From the IMG/VR virus record IMGVR_UViG_3300009154_000207, positions 1 through 28,959 of that record: 28,959 nucleotides of DNA. The stretch is one strand, 5' to 3'. Source of the DNA: a virus (lineage: Duplodnaviria; Caudoviricetes). The notes beneath the pieces were generated by a model. It worked only from the letters and a program-made list of their open reading frames with translations, did no database searches and was not told the origin of the DNA. How positions within the stretch are numbered: position 1 is the stretch's first letter; the number at the start of each line of letters is the position of its first letter. This document shows positions 27,479 to 28,959 of the stretch, piece after piece. A program made the position numbers and the translations under genes.

Positions 27479-27607
27479 TTAAGTTGTTACTGGTATTTGA
27501 ATCCAGTTAGTTGTAGGTTCATCCCAAACATACGCATTATTGTCATTTGGACGCGGAATAGGTGGTTGCCATACGTAATAATTATTATCTAAAACCCAAG
27601 ACGGTGA
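27479..27607 (-). pseudogene. Orphan 3' fragment of a fibre-associated (assembly-chaperone-like) gene
   Basis: Translates as SPSWVLDNNYYVWQPPIPRPNDNNAYVWDEPTTNWIQIPVTT*, matching the P.SW.L....W..P.P.P.D...Y.WDE....W C-terminus of a common phage protein. An in-frame TGA lies 12 codons upstream with no start codon in between. Confidence 0.6.
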
Positions 27608-27710
27608 TAGCCGTAATAGGCTTAATGTACGTGTTGTATGTATTCATCGACGTTTATATTCCTATACCTTGACACAAAGTCAACAAATAATTTTTACTAT
27701 GAACTAAAGT

Positions 27711-28958
27711 TTAGGATATCTTTGTTATTCTTCTATAGCTGCCGACTTTTATTACTTGACGTGTATCAGTATTAATACTAGTAACTCCTAATGCTACATT
27801 TACAGTATTAGCTGTCGAAACGAGACAGTTAATCGTAGAGTGTGCTGTTCTGCCAGTGCCAATGTTCTGTGACTGTGGTAGTGCTATACGGTTGCTTGTA
27901 GTACCGACACTGAGAAGGGCTCCTAAATTTCCTCCTTCATCCCAATATATAGCACGTATATCTCCTAATACTGTAAACGTATCGGTTCCTGACAAGGCAA
28001 AAGTATATTGTTTATTACTACCTGAAAAGTTGTTAATTATAGCGCCATACTCAATATTATATAAACTATTAGCTAATAATGTATTTGTCACCCCAGAACC
28101 GAAGGAGTTAATTTCTGAGGTTGTAATTGTTGTGCTATTATCTGCTAACAGAACATTTGTTACTGGCTGGTTGATTCCATATACTGAACCCGTAGCACTG
28201 ATATCACCAACGACAGTTAATTTACTACCAGGGGTTGTGGTGCCTATGCCAACATTACCGTTGGAGGATACATAAACTGTATTTGTATTAGCAACACCAC
28301 CAGTATAAAGAGCTAAATCGTCAGCTGCTCCGACACTTATTCTACCTCTGCCGGTCACATAATCAGCAACGATACCATCACTATATGTACCGTTAAAAGA
28401 ACTAAGGGAATATAAACCGTTTGATGCGTAAACTCCTCCTGTAGAACTTAGTCCGGCAACAATAACGTTGCTTCCAGTTAATGCTGTTGCTGTATTATAA
28501 GCTATGTTCCAGTTAGCAGTATTTGATGTAACATTTGATGAAATAAACCAGGAAGCACTGTTAGCTGTTAGAACTGAATAAGAAACATTCCAGTTAGCTG
28601 TATTTGATGTAACGTTAGTTGGTTCGAACCAAGAAGCACTATTAGCTGTTAATACGGAATATGAAACATTCCAGTTAGCAGTATTTGATGTAACGTTAGT
28701 TGGTTCGAACCAAGAAGCACTATTAGCTGTTAATACGGAATATGAAACATTCCAGTTAGCAGTATTTGATGTAACATTTGATGAAATAAACCAGGAAGCT
28801 GAATTAGCTGTTAATACGGAATAAGAAGCATTCCAGTTAGCAGTATTACTTGTAACGTTAGTTGGTTCGAACCAAGAAGCACTATTAGCTGTTAATACGG
28901 AATATGAAACATTCCAGTTAGCAGTATTTGATGTAACATTTGATGAAATAAACCAGGA
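27711..28958 (-). CDS. Tail fibre-like protein, C-terminal part (>=415 aa; start lies beyond window end)
   Basis: The frame of the 27711..28358 ORF stays open to the window end. Contains 27-aa tandem repeats, then GNVGIGTTTPGSKLTVVGDISATG and a beta-rich tip. Confidence 0.8.
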   Translation of the reverse strand, partial: SWFISSNVTSNTANWNVSYSVLTANSASWFEPTNVTSNTANWNASYSVLTANSASWFISSNVTSNTANWNVSYSVLTANSASWFEPTNVTSNTANWNVSYSVLTANSASWFEPTNVTSNTANWNVSYSVLTANSASWFISSNVTSNTANWNIAYNTATALTGSNVIVAGLSSTGGVYASNGLYSLSSFNGTYSDGIVADYVTGRGRISVGAADDLALYTGGVANTNTVYVSSNGNVGIGTTTPGSKLTVVGDISATGSVYGINQPVTNVLLADNSTTITTSEINSFGSGVTNTLLANSLYNIEYGAIINNFSGSNKQYTFALSGTDTFTVLGDIRAIYWDEGGNLGALLSVGTTSNRIALPQSQNIGTGRTAHSTINCLVSTANTVNVALGVTSINTDTRQVIKVGSYRRITKIS

Positions 28959-28959
28959 A
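28507..28959. repeat. 81-bp coding tandem repeat, at least 5.5 copies, running off the window
   Basis: gtatttgatgtaac recurs at 28519, 28600, 28681, 28762, (variant at 28843) and 28924. Unit NVTSNTANWN[V/A]SYSVLTANSASWF[EPT/ISS]. Confidence 0.95.

Noticed and set aside
326-28275. Short ORF-track entries antisense or nested within long genes (326-523, 909-1097, 1745-2008, 2852-3115, 5239-5460, 5836-6018, 9985-10251, 12749-13018, 13128-13358, 15967-16224, 17131-17487, 18916-19368, 20026-20271, 22550-22741, 24568-24774, 25174-25362, 26049-26294, 27856-28275)
   Set aside because: These are shadow frames of well-supported genes, with no recognisable motifs. No lipobox was seen that would indicate an embedded o-spanin.
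28507-28959. 81-bp periodic array as a CRISPR array
   Set aside because: There are no unique spacers. Whole units repeat, the period is a multiple of 3, and the frame is open as part of a fibre gene.
1-28959. Stop-codon reassignment (alternative genetic code)
   Set aside because: Genes tile the window densely in the standard code, and TAA, TAG and TGA all terminate plausible genes.

Overview
AT-rich (roughly 30% GC by eye), gene-dense segment of a large contractile-tailed (T4-like/jumbo myovirus-type) phage genome, read in the standard code. On the + strand (1-8935) is a baseplate block: gp25-like, gp6-like and two ~1000-1200 aa accessory structural proteins. It converges on a long - strand block. 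From right to left that block holds repeat-rich tail-fibre/receptor-binding and beta-propeller/LamG virion proteins (28959-14582), a lysis cassette (u-spanin-like lipoprotein, two unannotated membrane micro-peptides, holin, lysozyme-fold endolysin; 14516-12604) and small accessory genes (PD-(D/E)XK nuclease, ferritin-like protein, Cys-rich proteins, and one HExxH protein on the opposite strand). Most notable: (i) a TAA[A/G]TA late-promoter-like box 5-9 nt upstream of nine start codons with no Shine-Dalgarno, implying near-leaderless late mRNAs; (ii) an apparent excess of an L-S-[G/A/S] tripeptide in unrelated virion-surface proteins, possibly a modification sequon; (iii) a coiled-coil u-spanin-type protein with extra micro-peptides; (iv) recent repeat expansions in the fibre genes and a probable deletion scar at ~27.5 kb. 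No tRNA, rRNA, CRISPR array, integrase, transposase or reverse transcriptase was seen. Protein calls rest on motif recognition only, with no database searches.
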